A stretch of 64,000 nt of DNA. It comes from Lama guanicoe (lineage: Eukaryota). The translations under genes were made by a program, and so were the position numbers. Location of the stretch: the NCBI GenBank assembly GCA_013239625.1, contig MU054096.1:141085-205084 (forward strand), read 5' to 3'. This document shows positions 26,876 to 40,559 of the stretch, piece after piece. Under the pieces are notes generated by a model that was not told where the DNA came from, did not search any database, and saw only the letters and a list, made by a program, of their open reading frames with translations. Numbering within the stretch: position 1 is the stretch's first letter; each line of letters opens with the position of its first letter.

Positions 26876-27290
26876 ATATTAATTTCCTATTGCTGCCATA
26901 ACAAATTACCAGAAACTTGGTGGCTTAAATAACACAGATTTATTCTGTTATAGTTCTAGAGACCAGAAGTTCAAAATGAGTTTCATGTAGGGCTAACAAT
27001 CATAGGGCTGGTTCTTTCTGGAGGCTCCAGGGGGAAAATCCACTTTCTTACCTTTTCTAGCTTCTGAGGCCTGCCTACATCCCTTGGTTCTGGACCCCTC
27101 CCCATCATTTCACTACAACCACTATCTCATCTCTGATCACCTGATTCCCTGTGATGCAATCTGCCCCACCTGCACTAATCCAGCATAATCGCTCCTTCTC
27201 AAAATCCTGAAATCCAATAAGTAAATCCACTTTTGCCAAGTAAGGTTCCAGACATCAAGAATATGGACATCTTGGGGGCCACCACCATGA
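26876..27290 (-). mobile_element. MaLR LTR (MLT1-type) nested in L1
   Basis: ttcctattgctgccataacaaattaccagaaacttggtggcttaaa...tctggaggctccagggg is a typical MLT1 terminus. Confidence 0.8.
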
Positions 27291-28490
27291 TGTATTATCC
27301 CTCTTAGATACTGCTGGGTAAAAGAGATGTTTTTATGCTGGTCAGGGTTTCTGAATCTACATTCATGAGAAATAATTAGTGTGTAGTTCTATTCTCCTCC
27401 AACATCTTTATCAAGTTTTGGTATCAGGGTAATGCTGGATTCATAACATGAATGGAGAAGTATTCCCTCATCTTCGATTTTCTGGCGTCTGGGAGGAAAT
27501 TTCCATTGTGGGAATGTTTTAGACTACAAATTCAACTTCTTTTTATATGTATAAGATATTTCAGGTTATCTATTTCTGCTTAAGTAGTATACATTCTTAA
27601 AGAACTTCCCCATTTAATCTGAATTACCAATTTTGTTGGCAAGAAGTCATTCATAATATTCTCTCTGTAGTCTTTAATAGCTGTAGCATCTATACATCTA
27701 TACAGCTGTAGCGATCTGATACTGATCATTTGTATCTATTTTTTCCTCACCTGATTATCTAGCTATATAGATTTATCAATTTTATTGATCTTTTCGAAGA
27801 ACCAGATTTCAGTCTGATTGATTTTCGCTACTGTTGTTCTGATTTTTTTCTTCACTTCTGCTTTGGTTTCTATAGTTTCCTTTCTTTTCCTTATTTTGGT
27901 TTAATTTGCTCTATTTTTTTCCTTCAGTTTCTTAAGTGAGAAGCTTAAATCACTGCTTACAGACCTTTCTTCTTTTCTAATATAAGAATTAAATGCTATA
28001 AATTGTTCTCTAAGCACTGCTTTAGCTACACCTAATAAATTTCAGCATGTAGGCAGTCCTCGCTTTGCACAGCACATTAAATGAAACCTGTGCACGTTAG
28101 AACTGTGTCCTCACTTTGCAAGGCTTTCTCTCAATTACTGCCTGTCCTGTTTCAATTTTCATGAGTTCAAAACATTTTCTAATTTCTGTTCTGATTGCAT
28201 CTTTCACCCATGGGTTATTGAGAAACTTCTCATTTAATTTCCAAATATCTGGGTTTTTTTCTTAATATCCTTCTAGTTTAATTCTATTGTGGGCAAAGAA
28301 TATACTTTCAGTCTTTTAAAATATACTAAGACTTGTTTTATGGCCTAGAACATGATCTATCTTGGAAAATGTTCAATATGTACTTGTAAAGAATGTGCAT
28401 TTTCTGTTGGTCTTGGGGGAAATGTTCTATGCACATGGCCAATCCAACTGACAGTGTTATTTAGGTCTTCTATATCCTTATTGATTTTTT

Positions 28491-28957
28491 TCTATTTTTT
28501 ATTGAGATATAGTTGATGTATAAGTTTCCAATGTACAACATAGTGAGTCACAATTTTTAAAGGTTATACTCCATTTAGTTATTATAAGGTACTGGCTATA
28601 TTCTCTGTGCTGTACAATATATACTTGTAGTTTACTTATTTTATTTTTAGTAGTTTGTACCTTTTAATCCCCTACCCCTATCTTGCCCCTCCCCCCCCAC
28701 CCTTTCCCCAGTGGTAACGACTGGTCTGTTCTGTCCATCTGCTTCTTTTTTGTTATATTCACTAGTTTGTTTTATTTTTTTAGATTCCTCATATAACAGA
28801 TATCATGCAGTATTTGTCTCTGTCTGATGTTTCACTAAGCATAATACCCCCCAAGTCCACCCATGTGGCTACAAATGGCAAAATTTCATTCTTTTTTATG
28901 GCTGAGTAGTATTTAGATGAATGGATAAAGAAGATGTGGTGTGTATATGTATCCAAA
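28491..28957 (-). mobile_element. L1 3' fragment with short 5' inversion
   Basis: Antisense L1 3'UTR, then a sense segment agatgaatggataaagaagatgtgg; flanked by tatatccttattgatttttt at 28471-28490 and 28958-28977. Confidence 0.85.
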
Positions 28958-31900
28958 TATATCCTTATTGATTTTTTGTTTACTTGTTCAATCCATTATT
29001 GAGAAAGGAGAGTTGCAATCTCTGACTATACTTGTGGAGAAATTTCTCTTTTCAGTTTTATCAGTTTTTGCTTCACATATTTTGAAGCTATTATCACATG
29101 CATATACTTTTAGGACTGTTACATCTCAGTTTCAGCAAGATAATTTTTGATTTTTTAATTGACTTTGTGCAGTTTGTCTTCAAGTTTCTTTTTCTTGAGT
29201 TTTGCTGAACTACTTGGACCTGTGAGTTCAGCGTTTTCATTATATTTGGAAATTTTTTCAACTATTATTTCTTCAAATATTTCTTCTGCCACCCTCCTTT
29301 CTGGCACTCCAATTATACATACTTTAGACTATCTGATATTATCCTACAAATTACTGATGCTGTTTATTCATTTTCAGGCTTTTTTTCTGTTTCATTCTGA
29401 CTAGTTTCTATCACTGTATCTTCAAAAATCACTGATCTTTTTTTTTTCCTGCAGTGTTAAGTCATTTGTTAATCTTATCTAGTGTATTGTTCATTTTAGA
29501 TAGTGTATTTTTCTTCTGCAGAAGTTCCATTTGGGACTTTTGTACACTTTCAATTTCTCTCATCACAGTCTTATTTTCCTCTCTCCTCTTGAACATATAA
29601 ATGTATTTATTATATTGCTTTAACACACTTGTTTTCTAATTCCATCATCTGTCATTGCTGGATCTGTTTCTATGGATTTATTTTTCTCTTGGTTATGTTT
29701 ATTTTTTCCTACTTCATTATATTTCAAATAACTTGTGCATGTCAGATACTGTGCATTTCACATGGTTAAGAGCAAGATTTTACTGTATTTCTTTTACCAG
29801 TACTATACTTTGGTCCAGCATACAAATACTTGAAATCAATTTAATTCTTTCAAGACCCACTTTTAACATTTTTTTTACAGTAGATCTACTGCAGCCTTTA
29901 GGGTAAAACTAATTTAGACCCAGTTCTAAGGCAACACCCTTCTAAGAACTCTACTTAATGCCCTGTAGGTCACAGTGTGTTTCCACTGACTGGTGGGAAC
30001 ATATCCTGTTCCCAGTCTTGTGTGAAATCCAGGAACTGTTCAGCCCACTGCTTCCTGGTGGCTGTTTATCAAGCCTCAGGTAATTTCCTGCCTCACGTAC
30101 GCAGACTAGTACTCAGCCAAACAACTCCCAGGGCCCTTCCTCAGACCTGTGGAACACTCTGTGTGTCGCTCTCTACTCTCTGGCACTTTACATCTCCAAG
30201 TCTTACCTCGTAGGCCTCCCCAAGTTCCAGTCTCTGTCTCCTCTACTCTGAGAGCCTGCGAGGCTCTGGCCAGGCTCCTCATGCTGGCCTGGAAACCGTC
30301 TCAAGGAAACAGCTCAGGCCATCACAGTAGTCATCTCACTTCCTCTCCCTCGCTCAGAGGTCAGAGTCCCATGCTGCCTGTTATGTAATGTCTGAAAATT
30401 ATGGTTTCTCACATATTTTGCCCAGTTTTCTGTTTAAAATTGGACAGAAAATTCAATTTCTGTTATTCCATCATGTGCAGAAGCAAAAGATCTGTGTAAT
30501 CTCTTTTTAGAGAATGGGGAGAAGGAAAGAAGGGGCTTCATTCACAGCAATTTCCAGGACACAGATTGGGAGTTAAAACCAAAATAAGCCCACTTCTGTG
30601 GCAGCAAACTTTTCTAGGCATCACTAATCCATGAAAAAGTCACAGATATTTTCTCCACCATTAGTATTCGTCAAACCACTAGATTCAGGCTTCAAGATGT
30701 CAGACCTAAGCTTGAACCATTAAACCACATAGCCAGGTGAACATACAGACATATTTATACTTTAGTAAGTAGCACGTCTATAAAACTATTGTGTGCCTTT
30801 TATTCCAAATAAAATAGAGAAGCACACTGACCCACTCACAAAATAACACCAGATATCCTAAACTGGATAGAGGCACCATACAGAACAGCAAAACACTTCT
30901 CTAAAATTACTTCACGTCATCAGAGTTCACTAGTGACCTTTTCCAAAACTAGTGTTGATGTTGCCTTTGCTTGTGGCAGATCTTTGTTAGCTATCTGACC
31001 ACTTATAGCCTGCTAGGCCGTCAGCATCTCTTTGGAGCGGCTAAGAGGTTTCCATGATTTAGCCCTCTCTAAACTGAAGTTTCTCCACTTATATGATGAA
31101 AATAGTAATACTTAGCGTTTAAAAAAAAATGCTGAGGAAATTCAATCAAAGAGCATATGTCAAGGGCTTGGTGGAATGCTCAGCACGGAAGTGGCTCTTA
31201 ATGTCTTACTAGGCCATCGGTCCTTTCTTTCTTATGATCGTGACACAAGCTGTCATTTTAACAATAATTCCCTCCCTCTCTACCTCTCCACAAAAACTTT
31301 CCTTTAGCACAGCACATTAAGTGCCGGTGGGAGTGCAGCTCACACGGCTTCTCTAAAATGCACACACTAGGACACACTAGGACCTACGCGGGTCACGGCG
31401 TCCTGAAGAACCGGCAACGCCCTGCATGTCCACCAGTGCAGCGTCTTGACAGTCCTGCTCATGCTGCACAGCTGTTTCTTCTGGCTCTTGCCTTTCCCAC
31501 TCTCAGGGCCACTTAAATCAGTATCGATCTTTATTATAAGATGATGTTCTCTTTCCTCTGCTGTATGCTGTTTTTCCTTTCTGATTTCCTCTGCCTACTG
31601 GCACTTCTTTATTGCTCTGCTTCCAAACAAAAATCTTGTCCTCCTAAAGACAATACTATCAAGTCAGAGCACTCTTCTTTGCACAGATAACCAAGCGATC
31701 CAGCTTCATGGATATAACCTTCTGGCCAAGAATTATTTAAAAATGAAAGCAATTTTCAGTCTCTTCCAGGAGCCTAAAGACTCCAGGTATTTGCTCACTG
31801 CCCATGTAAACAATGACACATATAATAGAGAAAAGAAATAAAACCCTCCTAAACTGAATTTTAAGTGCCAGGACTCAACATTTACAGCTCCAAGGCTGGA

Positions 31901-32143
31901 ATACAATGAAGAAAGCAAAACCCCTGACTTTTTTTCACTCATCTCGAGTAGATCTTAACTTACAAACTCAGCATTTTTCCTGCAGAAATAATACTATTAC
32001 TTCAATTAGTATTCTTCAACACATACAATGTGTCTAAATTATTACAGAAATACAATTTTTAAAAGGAAGTATTTAATTAAAATTTTAAAACCTTTCCAGA
32101 GAAGAACTCCAGCCTGTAATGGAGGACTTCCCACTCTTCTTAC

Positions 32144-32290
32144 CATAAGAAGGAGACTCCCTTCCATCTTCTCTATCCGAGTCCTTGTCTCTCCTTCTCC
32201 GGTGGTGATGTCTGTGTCCGCGGTGCCTGTGACGCCGGCGACCCTCTTTACCGAACGGGACGTGAACGCCGATATACACAGCTCGATGAC
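32144..32290 (-). CDS. SLC4A7: SLC4A7 coding exon (147 nt): SHRAVYIGVHVPFGKEGRRRHRHRGHRHHHRRRRDKDSDREDGRESPSY
   Basis: Acceptor accag|GT, donor G|gtaaga, phase 1 to 1; His/Arg-rich N-terminal segment typical of SLC4A7/8/10. Confidence 0.96.
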
Positions 32291-32328
32291 CTGGTAAAAT
32301 GGTTGAGCACGTGACTGGCATGCCAGGG

Positions 32329-34455
32329 GTACTGTGTTTCTTTACAAATTGAAGGTTAGTGGCCATCTTGAGTCGAGCCAAGTGTATCGCACCATTTTCT
32401 CAAAATCCATTTGCTCACATGCTGTCCCTGTGTCACATTTTGATAGCAATTCTCACAACATTTCATTTCCATTATTATTATCTTTGTCAGGGTGATCTGT
32501 GATTTTGATGTTACTGTTGTGACTGTTTAGGGGCACCACAAGCCACGCCCATATCAGATGGTGAACTTGGTCAGCTGGTCCCTGTCTCTCCCCCTCTCCC
32601 TGGGCCTCCCTCTTCCCTGAGACACAGCAACACTGAAATTAGGTCCGTTAATAACCCTACAATGACTTCCAAGTGTTCAAGTGAAAAGAAGAGTCACACA
32701 ACTCTCACTTAACCCAAAAGCAAGAAACAATTAAACTTAGTGAGGAAGGAACGTTTCTGGCCAAGAAAGGCTGAGGGCCGGGCCCTTGTGTCAGTGAGCC
32801 AAGCTGCGAAGGCAAAGACAAAGTTCTTGAAGTAAACGAAAAGCGCTTGCTCCGGCGAACACACAAATGGCAAGAAAGTGAGGCACAGCCTTACTTATGG
32901 TACGGAGAAAGCTTCAGTGGTCTGGACAGAAGACAGGCAACACGCCTTCTACTGGGAGAAGATGCTGCCAAGGACTTCACAGCTGGAGAGAAGTCAACGC
33001 CTGGCTTCCGAGCTTCAAAGGACAGGCTGACTGTCTCGTTAGGGGCCAAGGCAGCTGGTGACTTGAACTTGAAGCCAACGATCATTTACCATCTGAAAAT
33101 CCTACGGCCTCTAAGAATTATGCTCAGTCTACTCTGCTGTTCTCTATATATGCACATTTTTCTCTTATTTACTTTATTGAACTAGAGTTCATTTACAATA
33201 TGGTGTCAGCTTCAGGCGCACAGCTTCAGATTCTTCTCCATTATAGGAGAAAGCCTGCATGAGGGTACATTTGCTGACAACATGGTTTACTAAATATTTT
33301 AAGCCCACTGTTAAGATCTACCACTCTGAAAAAAAGATTACTTTCAAACTATTGCTGCTCACTGACAAGGCGCCTGGTCACCCAAGAGCTCTGATGGAGA
33401 GATACAAAGAGATGAATGCTGTTTTCATGCCTGCTAACACTACATCCAAATGGCAGCTCGTGGACCACGGAGTCATATCAACTTGCAAGTTTTATTGTTT
33501 AAGAAATACATTTTGTAAGTCCATTGCTGCCATAGATGGTGATTCCATTGATGGATCTAGGAGAAGCCAACTGAAAGCCTACTGGAAGGGATTTACCTAT
33601 TCCTTCCCAGATGCCACGAAGAACACTGCTGATTCATGACAAGTGGGCAAAACACCAACATTAGTAGGATTTTAGAAGACGCTGATTCCAACCCTCATGG
33701 ATGACCTTGAGGGGGTCAAGATTTCAGTAGAGGAAGTCACCGGAGATGTGGCGGGAACAGCAAGAGAACTAGAGTCAGACGTGGAGCCTGAAGATGGGGC
33801 TGAACTCCTACTATCTCAGGGTCTATAGAACTTGAACAGAGGAGGAGCTGCTTCTTACTGATGAGCAAAGGAAGTGGTTTCTTGAGATGCAATCTACTCC
33901 AGTAAAGGTGCTGTGAAAACTGTTAAAATGACAACAAAGGAATGAGAATACTGCATAAACTTAGTTGACAAAGCAGAGGCAGGGTCTGAGAGGATGGACT
34001 CCAATTTTGAAAGAAGATCTACTGTGTGTCAAATGCTATCAAACAGTGTTGTGTGCTACAGAGAAACTGGTCATGAAAGAAAGCGTCAACTAATGAAGCA
34101 AACTTCATTGTTGTCTTATTCGACGAAATTCACCCTGACCTTCAGCAGCCATCATGCTCATCAGTGAGCAGCATCAACACATCCAGGCCAGACCTTCCAC
34201 CAGCAAAGGGATTATGACTCACCAAAACCTCAGATGATGGTCATCATTTTTCAGCAATGACGTATTTTTCAGTTAAGGCATGTACATTGTTTTTTTTAAG
34301 ACATAATGCTATTGCACACTTAATACACTATAGTGTGAATATAACCTTTATATGCACTAAGAAACAAACAAACAAAATTCATGTGACTTGCTTTATTGGC
34401 AATAGCCACTTTACTCCAGTGGTCTGGAACCAAACCTGGAGTGTCCCTGTGTATG
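32329..34455 (+). mobile_element. Tigger1 (TcMar/pogo) DNA transposon, decayed, with internal deletion and small insertion
   Basis: Transposase remnants ASKDRLT and LLLTDKAPGHPRALM...VFMPANTTS; recognisable Tigger1 subterminal sequence at both ends; frameshifts and stops. Confidence 0.93.
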
Positions 34456-35407
34456 ACCAGCACTAGTTTTCCCAAAAAGGGGGGGGGGGAGTGATACACA
34501 CAAAAGTATACCAAAGTTTGCTTTGATAAAAAAGAATTACAGCTACGTTCACATAATTAACACGGCTAGTCTCCCGTTACTTCTCTTACGTCACAGAGCA
34601 CTACACAGAACGTTACGCCAAGGACCAATCCCACTGATAAATACACTAAATATACAGGTGACTCCTATAAGTATTAGTCTGCAAGTCTCAAAAGATACTT
34701 TGAGAAGAAGTTGGCCCACCTGGAATTATACTATGTAGACATAAATGTGTCCCATCTACATTTATGGCCAACCCTAGTTAGTAGAGGTCCTTAAGATACA
34801 TGTTTTAATGATGACTATTCATAAATGGATATTTAGAAATATTTTAAATTTGTTTAAAGTTTTAAAAATCTCAAATTAGCAAGGTCCAAATTAATGAGAG
34901 GTACGTTAAACGTAAATGCTCCAAATACTCTAATTAAAGACTGGATTAAGAAAGCAATACAGTAGGGTTATTATATACTTTTACAATAGAAAGAGCCACT
35001 GCTGATGCTGCGTTATCCTGGTTTTGTATTCTGATGGACAAAACAGTTATGAAAGGCAGTCCCTGCTTTTTGCCCACTGAGTGAAACTGAGTCAGGGAAG
35101 CAGGTAGCTAGGGGCACTACGTCAAACACTGAGAAGAATGAATTTGATTTCTTAAATAGTTTAAATGAGGTTCATACCTAAACCCGCGTTGAGTGAAAAG
35201 GGAGGTAGACTACAGGTTTAACTAACTTGCAACTGTGGAAAAACCATCCAGCATAGAGCTGCTTTTTGCCCTGTGTACAACATTAAAAAGTTAATGCTGA
35301 AACATGAACTGGTCATGACGTTCTTTTCCTAAGAAATTCTGTATGATGGTTAGAACAAAATACCACAATAAACTCCAGAGCTTTATCTGCAGATGAGAAC
35401 TGAAATT

Positions 35408-35610
35408 AGTCAGTCCTCATTATTCACGGACTCCATATTTGCACATTTGCTGACTTGCTAAAATTTACTAGTAATTCCAAAAGCAATACTCATGGTGACT
35501 TACCATCATTTACAAACATGCACACAGCAGCAAAAAATTTGAGCTGCCTGACGCACACATTCCCAGCTAAGGCTGAAAAAGGTGACACTGACTTCTAGCT
35601 TTAGTTGCCA
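35408..35610 (+). mobile_element. MER82-like Tigger-family fragment
   Basis: cagtcctcattattcacggactccatatttgc...aaaatttgagctgcctgacgcacacattcccagct. Confidence 0.7.
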
Positions 35611-35641
35611 AAATAGTAACGTTGATAACTAAATACTCACC

Positions 35642-35643
35642 AT

Positions 35644-35682
<39 letters not shown>

Positions 35683-35685
35683 TTT
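35642..35685. repeat. (ATTT)n microsatellite
   Basis: Direct reading, about 10 units. Confidence 0.95.
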
Positions 35686-36989
35686 TACTCACCTTTTAAA
35701 AACTAAAAGAAGACTAGACCTATGTAAACACACTGACTTAAAATTATTTGTTTGGACATTTCCCAATACCTAGTTTCCTGCCTACAGTACAGCACTAGAC
35801 AAAGAACTGTAAAAATTACATACCAATGATTTGGAAAAAATTTACCAGAAAATCCCAAATTAAAAACCACGATTACAACTGTAGTAACTTTGCACGATGA
35901 CAGATGGTAATTAGACTTACCGTGGTGATCATTTTGTAATGAATAGAAATATGAAATCACTAGGTTGTGGACCTCGAACTACCACAGTGCTGTGGGTCAA
36001 TTACATTTCAATAGAAAATTAAATTAAAAAGACAATTACAGAGAATTTGGGGGGGGAATGATGGAAATATTCTGGAAGGAGAGAGTGATGATGGTTGCAC
36101 AATATAGTGCATATCCTTAAAAATACTTTAAAAAAGTGAATTTTACATTATGTGAATTATATCTCAGTAAGTTAAAAAAAAAACTATAACAAAACTCAGG
36201 GATCTCACAATTTTATTTTAGTGGAATTTTCTTCTGAACACCAACCAACGGTGGATTAAAGAATCCCTGTGCACTGAGTTATAAGGTTGTTATTCCAATA
36301 AGTACTAATGGGTTTTGGCACAAGAGCCCCTACGCAGCAAGACAAAAATAAGTTCTCCGAGGCTGACGTTTAGAAAGACTAGATAAAATGAGCAACATGC
36401 TAGAATCCAAAGACTGGGAGATGGAGCCTCATTATTTATTCTGCTGTACTACTTCCTTTACTGCTCTGTCACAATTTCTGCTCATTCTTTCACCTTAATT
36501 TATTCCATCAAAGGCCGATTCAGTCTCACTCTGAGATAAACTTAATCTGTCCCTCAAACTCGATACTGAAACGTGTTATGTCGAAGTATGAGAAGCCAAG
36601 GGCCCTGGGGTAACCAAAGGAAGCCAAAGATCACGGTCCCTCTTGGTGCCCTGGATCCCATTCATCTGAGGGATGACATTAAATGGCAAGGGAGGGATTA
36701 CGTGCACATTTGAATTAATAAAATTATTGCTAAAAATGTTACCTTCTCTAACGTCTACAATTCACAGAATCAAGCTTCCAGGTAACTGAAGTTCTTTGCA
36801 GAAGCCCTAGGAAGCCTAAACTTTTAAAGCCAATTTCAACGGACAGGGGTTTTTTTCCACCTCACAAAGTAAATGTGGAGAACGCTTATTTGTGTTTCTT
36901 TCCTTCTCCATTTGTAAACCGATGGCCCCGTTCAGCTGTCACAGGAGACCTGAACTTCAAAATGTAGGTCTCAAAGAGACCCCAAGATG

Positions 36990-37530
36990 AGTCTGTCAAA
37001 ACGTCTGCAGTGAACACCGCCTTCACCAAGTGCTCATGGTCAGCATCACCGATGGTGAGCCATGCAGCCACCACCTGTCCCCAATACACGAAGGGCATGG
37101 CGCTCTGTGGGATGCTTCCCACAAATCCATGAGCCAGGGCACGAGACTGTAGTGTCACAATGTGATAACTCAGACAAACCCAAATTTTGGGACCTTCTAC
37201 AAAGTGTCTAACCACTAATCTTCAAAAGAGTCAAGGTCATGAAAAATGGGGAAAGACCTAGAAACTGTCATAGGTTAGAGGAGACTAAAGAGACATGACA
37301 TGTAAGTACCCTGTGGCATCCTGAGCTGCTCAACAGGATCCGGGAACAGGCAAGGAGCAGCAGTGGAAAAACGGGTAATATCTGAATAAATCTGCAGTAC
37401 TGTACCAATGTTAATTTTGTCGTGTTTACAAACTTATGGTTAAATAAAATGTTAGTGTTAGAAAAAGCTGGGGGAAGGGTATACAGCCACCTTTTCTGTA
37501 AATCGAAAATTATTTCAAATTTTAAAAAAA
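36990..37530 (+). mobile_element. Old L1 (L1MC-type) 3' end
   Basis: cagacaaacccaaatt...gtcaaggtcatgaaa...gaggagactaaagagacatgaca motifs. Confidence 0.7.
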
Positions 37531-38103
37531 GAGGAAGAAAAAAGAAACCGTATGTCAGGGCTTCCTCCTGCTCAGGGAAGGCAGACTGATAAATAACTCA
37601 TCTGCTACACAATTCTATGCTGAGGTTTTTACAACATTTTAAAAGACTGATGTAACAGACCTACATAAAGTGAACATTTAGGTGACAACCAGTGAAAATT
37701 GTGGCTCATTAGTCTACGGTGTGCTCATAATTCAAATGGCCAAGGCTGCTAGAAATAAAAAAAAAAAATTAAAGAATTAGCTGATTTTGTAACTGTGGCA
37801 TTTTAATTTTCAAGGCAAGTAATGATAACCATCAGTGAAGTGTGAAAAGCATTCTTGAAATGAATTGAAAAGAAGTCTACGTTTCAGAGAATGTTCTATT
37901 TGTAGCGGGGAGTGGTTACATGGGGTTTTGCTGTATTATTATTCTTTCAACTACATTTAGAAGAGAACAGTCTTCTAAATGTATGCTCTACCTCACAATA
38001 ACAACAAATGTTTCAACAAGTAACAGGTGAAAATTAAAGGACGCCAGCAAACATTCATTAGTAGTTTATCCTGCTAATTGTAAGTTATTTTCAACAAACT
38101 TAC

Positions 38104-38185
38104 TTTCCAGTTCTTCTTTTTCAAACTTGGTGTTCACAGTTGAGCTGGTTTTGCCAAGATCCACAACAGCTTCTTCATCAGGACC
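38104..38185 (-). CDS. SLC4A7: SLC4A7 coding exon (82 nt): GPDEEAVVDLGKTSSTVNTKFEKEELE
   Basis: Acceptor tttag|GGT, donor A|gtaagt, phase 0 to 1; shared by the MEAD and MERF starts. Confidence 0.96.
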
Positions 38186-39109
38186 CTAAAGAGAAATTAT
38201 CCTCATTGACTCAGGAAATCAATGCACACTGAGGACCAACTACTAGGTATGTTATTTGAGATAGCCAAAAATACGCAAATACGCAAAAACAGCCAAAACT
38301 TCCTCTTAAAAAAACTGAATTCATAGCATAGCTAATTGCATTCTTTCTAAAAGTATGTTTATGGGCTTTTTTTTTTTTTCAATCCACAGAAGACCATTCA
38401 AAAATCTCATGGAAAGAACTGAAATGACAACGACTTTTCACTGGTCTTCTATGGCAGTTACTACGTACTTGGTACATGTATCCACCCTAACAGAGACTCT
38501 CCAGCCAGAAATTTCAAAAAACCAGGGGACAGGGAAAATGCTTAGGTATCAATATAAAATACTTTTTTCTTTCCTTCTTTTTTTTTTTTGCTTCTTAGGT
38601 ACCCTAACAAAAACAAACAAACAAAATCAACCCCACTTAACTCAAGTCGTCCTGGATATTGGATTGGATTATGGTGAACACCACATAATGGTCAAAAATC
38701 TTAATGTGTAGTATCATTTTCACTCGTAAGTTAACCAAGAGCCAATCAAAGTTATAAGAACTTTTTATTACTCTACGAAGGAAAAGCCATGCCAAAATTT
38801 AACCTCTAAGGAGATTCTCGCTTTGAGTTTGTGAAGTCTGCCTTCCCAATTCTATTTCTTTCTTCAGCTCAACAAAAAGACTAACCATATTTATTATAAA
38901 ATATTACACAGACTATTTTTGTTTCAGTTTCAGTTTTAACTTCTCTTCTCAACTTATAACTTAACTTTCAAAAAAACATTATCCTCATTAACTACCTATA
39001 TGAACTTGGTGTGAACAGGAGTCTGTGCCACAGGCTGAGAGAGACGAACAAATTCCCTTCCCTCAAAAAGTCTCCAATTTGACCTGTAGTTCCCTCCGGA
39101 CCCACACCC

Positions 39110-39790
39110 TGCGTGAGTCTGCGTGCAGTCTTGAACTTGTCCGGCACAGCTACCACAAGGTGCCCTGACAGGTGCCCAGACTTGGCGGGCGAGGGTGCCC
39201 CTTCCAGGTCCTCAGGAACGCCTACTCCATTTTAAGCGACAAAGACTTGAGAGCAGAGCACAATGAGGAGACAGTGGACAAGGACTCTGCTGTGCTCCAC
39301 CCAACCTGGGACTGCGATGCGTCCTGGAGGAGGGTGTCCAAGGTTTTGAAAAGACATACAAAGGTTCTGACGAAGGGCTGGCTGATGTTAAAAAGGCCTA
39401 CCTGAACTTCAAGGGTGACAGGGGTGGGTAAGCTGGAGTCTGCATGAGTGCAGTACACAGAGGAACCCAGAATATGGAACCTCACTCAGCACGGCGTTCG
39501 TGCTGGACAGATCCCGTCCCACCACGCCTTCATCAAAGAATCAAAGCAAGAGATGAATGCAAGGAAAAGATGGCTCAGGAAGAGGCTGAAAACAAGAAAT
39601 AAGTGGGAAGGAGCTGGGGCTTGACAAAGGAGCAGATGACTTAACCAGTCACTTAGAGCAGGCAAAAGATGGGCAACAGGAAACAGGCAATGTTTCTGCT
39701 CAGACAGAAACAAGGACCACAAACCTCCCAAAGCAGGAGAGCGATGAAAAAAAAAAAAAAAACCAGCTTTCAAGAAAGAGAAGAAATGAT
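39110..39790 (+). pseudogene. DNAJC9: Processed pseudogene of DNAJC9, antisense to the host gene; 3'UTR-derived sequence may extend further
   Basis: Intronless colinear peptide remnants [78 protein letters not shown]-stop, with frameshifts, deletions and stops. Confidence 0.9.
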
Positions 39791-40559
39791 CTAATTTGTT
39801 CTCTTTGAAGGTCCTTATGCTTTAACTGATAACTTTACAGGCAACTGAGGCAACTGAAGATAAGAGAATTGAATTAAAAATAAAATAATAATATTAGCAT
39901 TAATTACAACATTGTTAGTACTCCACTGAATGTCAGTCTTCTAGAATGAAGTTGTTTTATCCATCAGATTACAGTGTTTTTCAAATCTCACAAGAAGACA
40001 AACTTTCATCCATTCCCATTTTCTCAGCGGTTGCTCCCCTTTCATACTCAGGACAACAAACCAGAAGGATACATAATACAATTACCTTCCTGCCACTTTT
40101 AATGTCCAAGCATAAACTAAAGGACCAGTTTCTCTTAGAAAGGATCAACAAGAGGTTGGGTAAAATGATCTTTTAGGATCTCCTCCAACTTTGGATCTTA
40201 AAATACCTTACTTTTGTGTATAGGTTTTTTCCCAGTGCATACAAAGTAAATTCACATCCCAATTACTCCTTTCTATCCACGCGCTCAGTGTCCTAATTCT
40301 CATATCTTAAAACTCAGGAACTGAGTCAATTTGATGAAATTTTCAAATAAATTCCCTGCTATCCAAACTCTCACTATTTGCTACCCCAAACTCAGAAACA
40401 GACACAGTATTCTGACTTTCTGAAGAAAGTCAGATATCCAAACTATAGAATCAAGTAGATTTGGGTATTAAGAGGTACCTGTATATGACTCTAAAAGAGC
40501 GGCATTCCACTTAATCTAGGAAACTCAACAGTTAAATGACTTGATAAACCTTTCTATCT

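Larger units (their letters stand above)
26250..30490 (-). mobile_element. Ancient fragmented L1 with nested younger insertions; boundaries approximate
   Basis: T-rich plus strand with antisense L1 remnants such as ttttggtatcagggtaatgctgg and tgctataaattgttctctaagcactgctttagct. Confidence 0.8.

Noticed and set aside
32847..33639. Transposase-like ORFs as a domesticated TIGD gene
   Set aside because: Frameshifts, stops, an internal deletion and an insertion show a dead Tigger1 copy.
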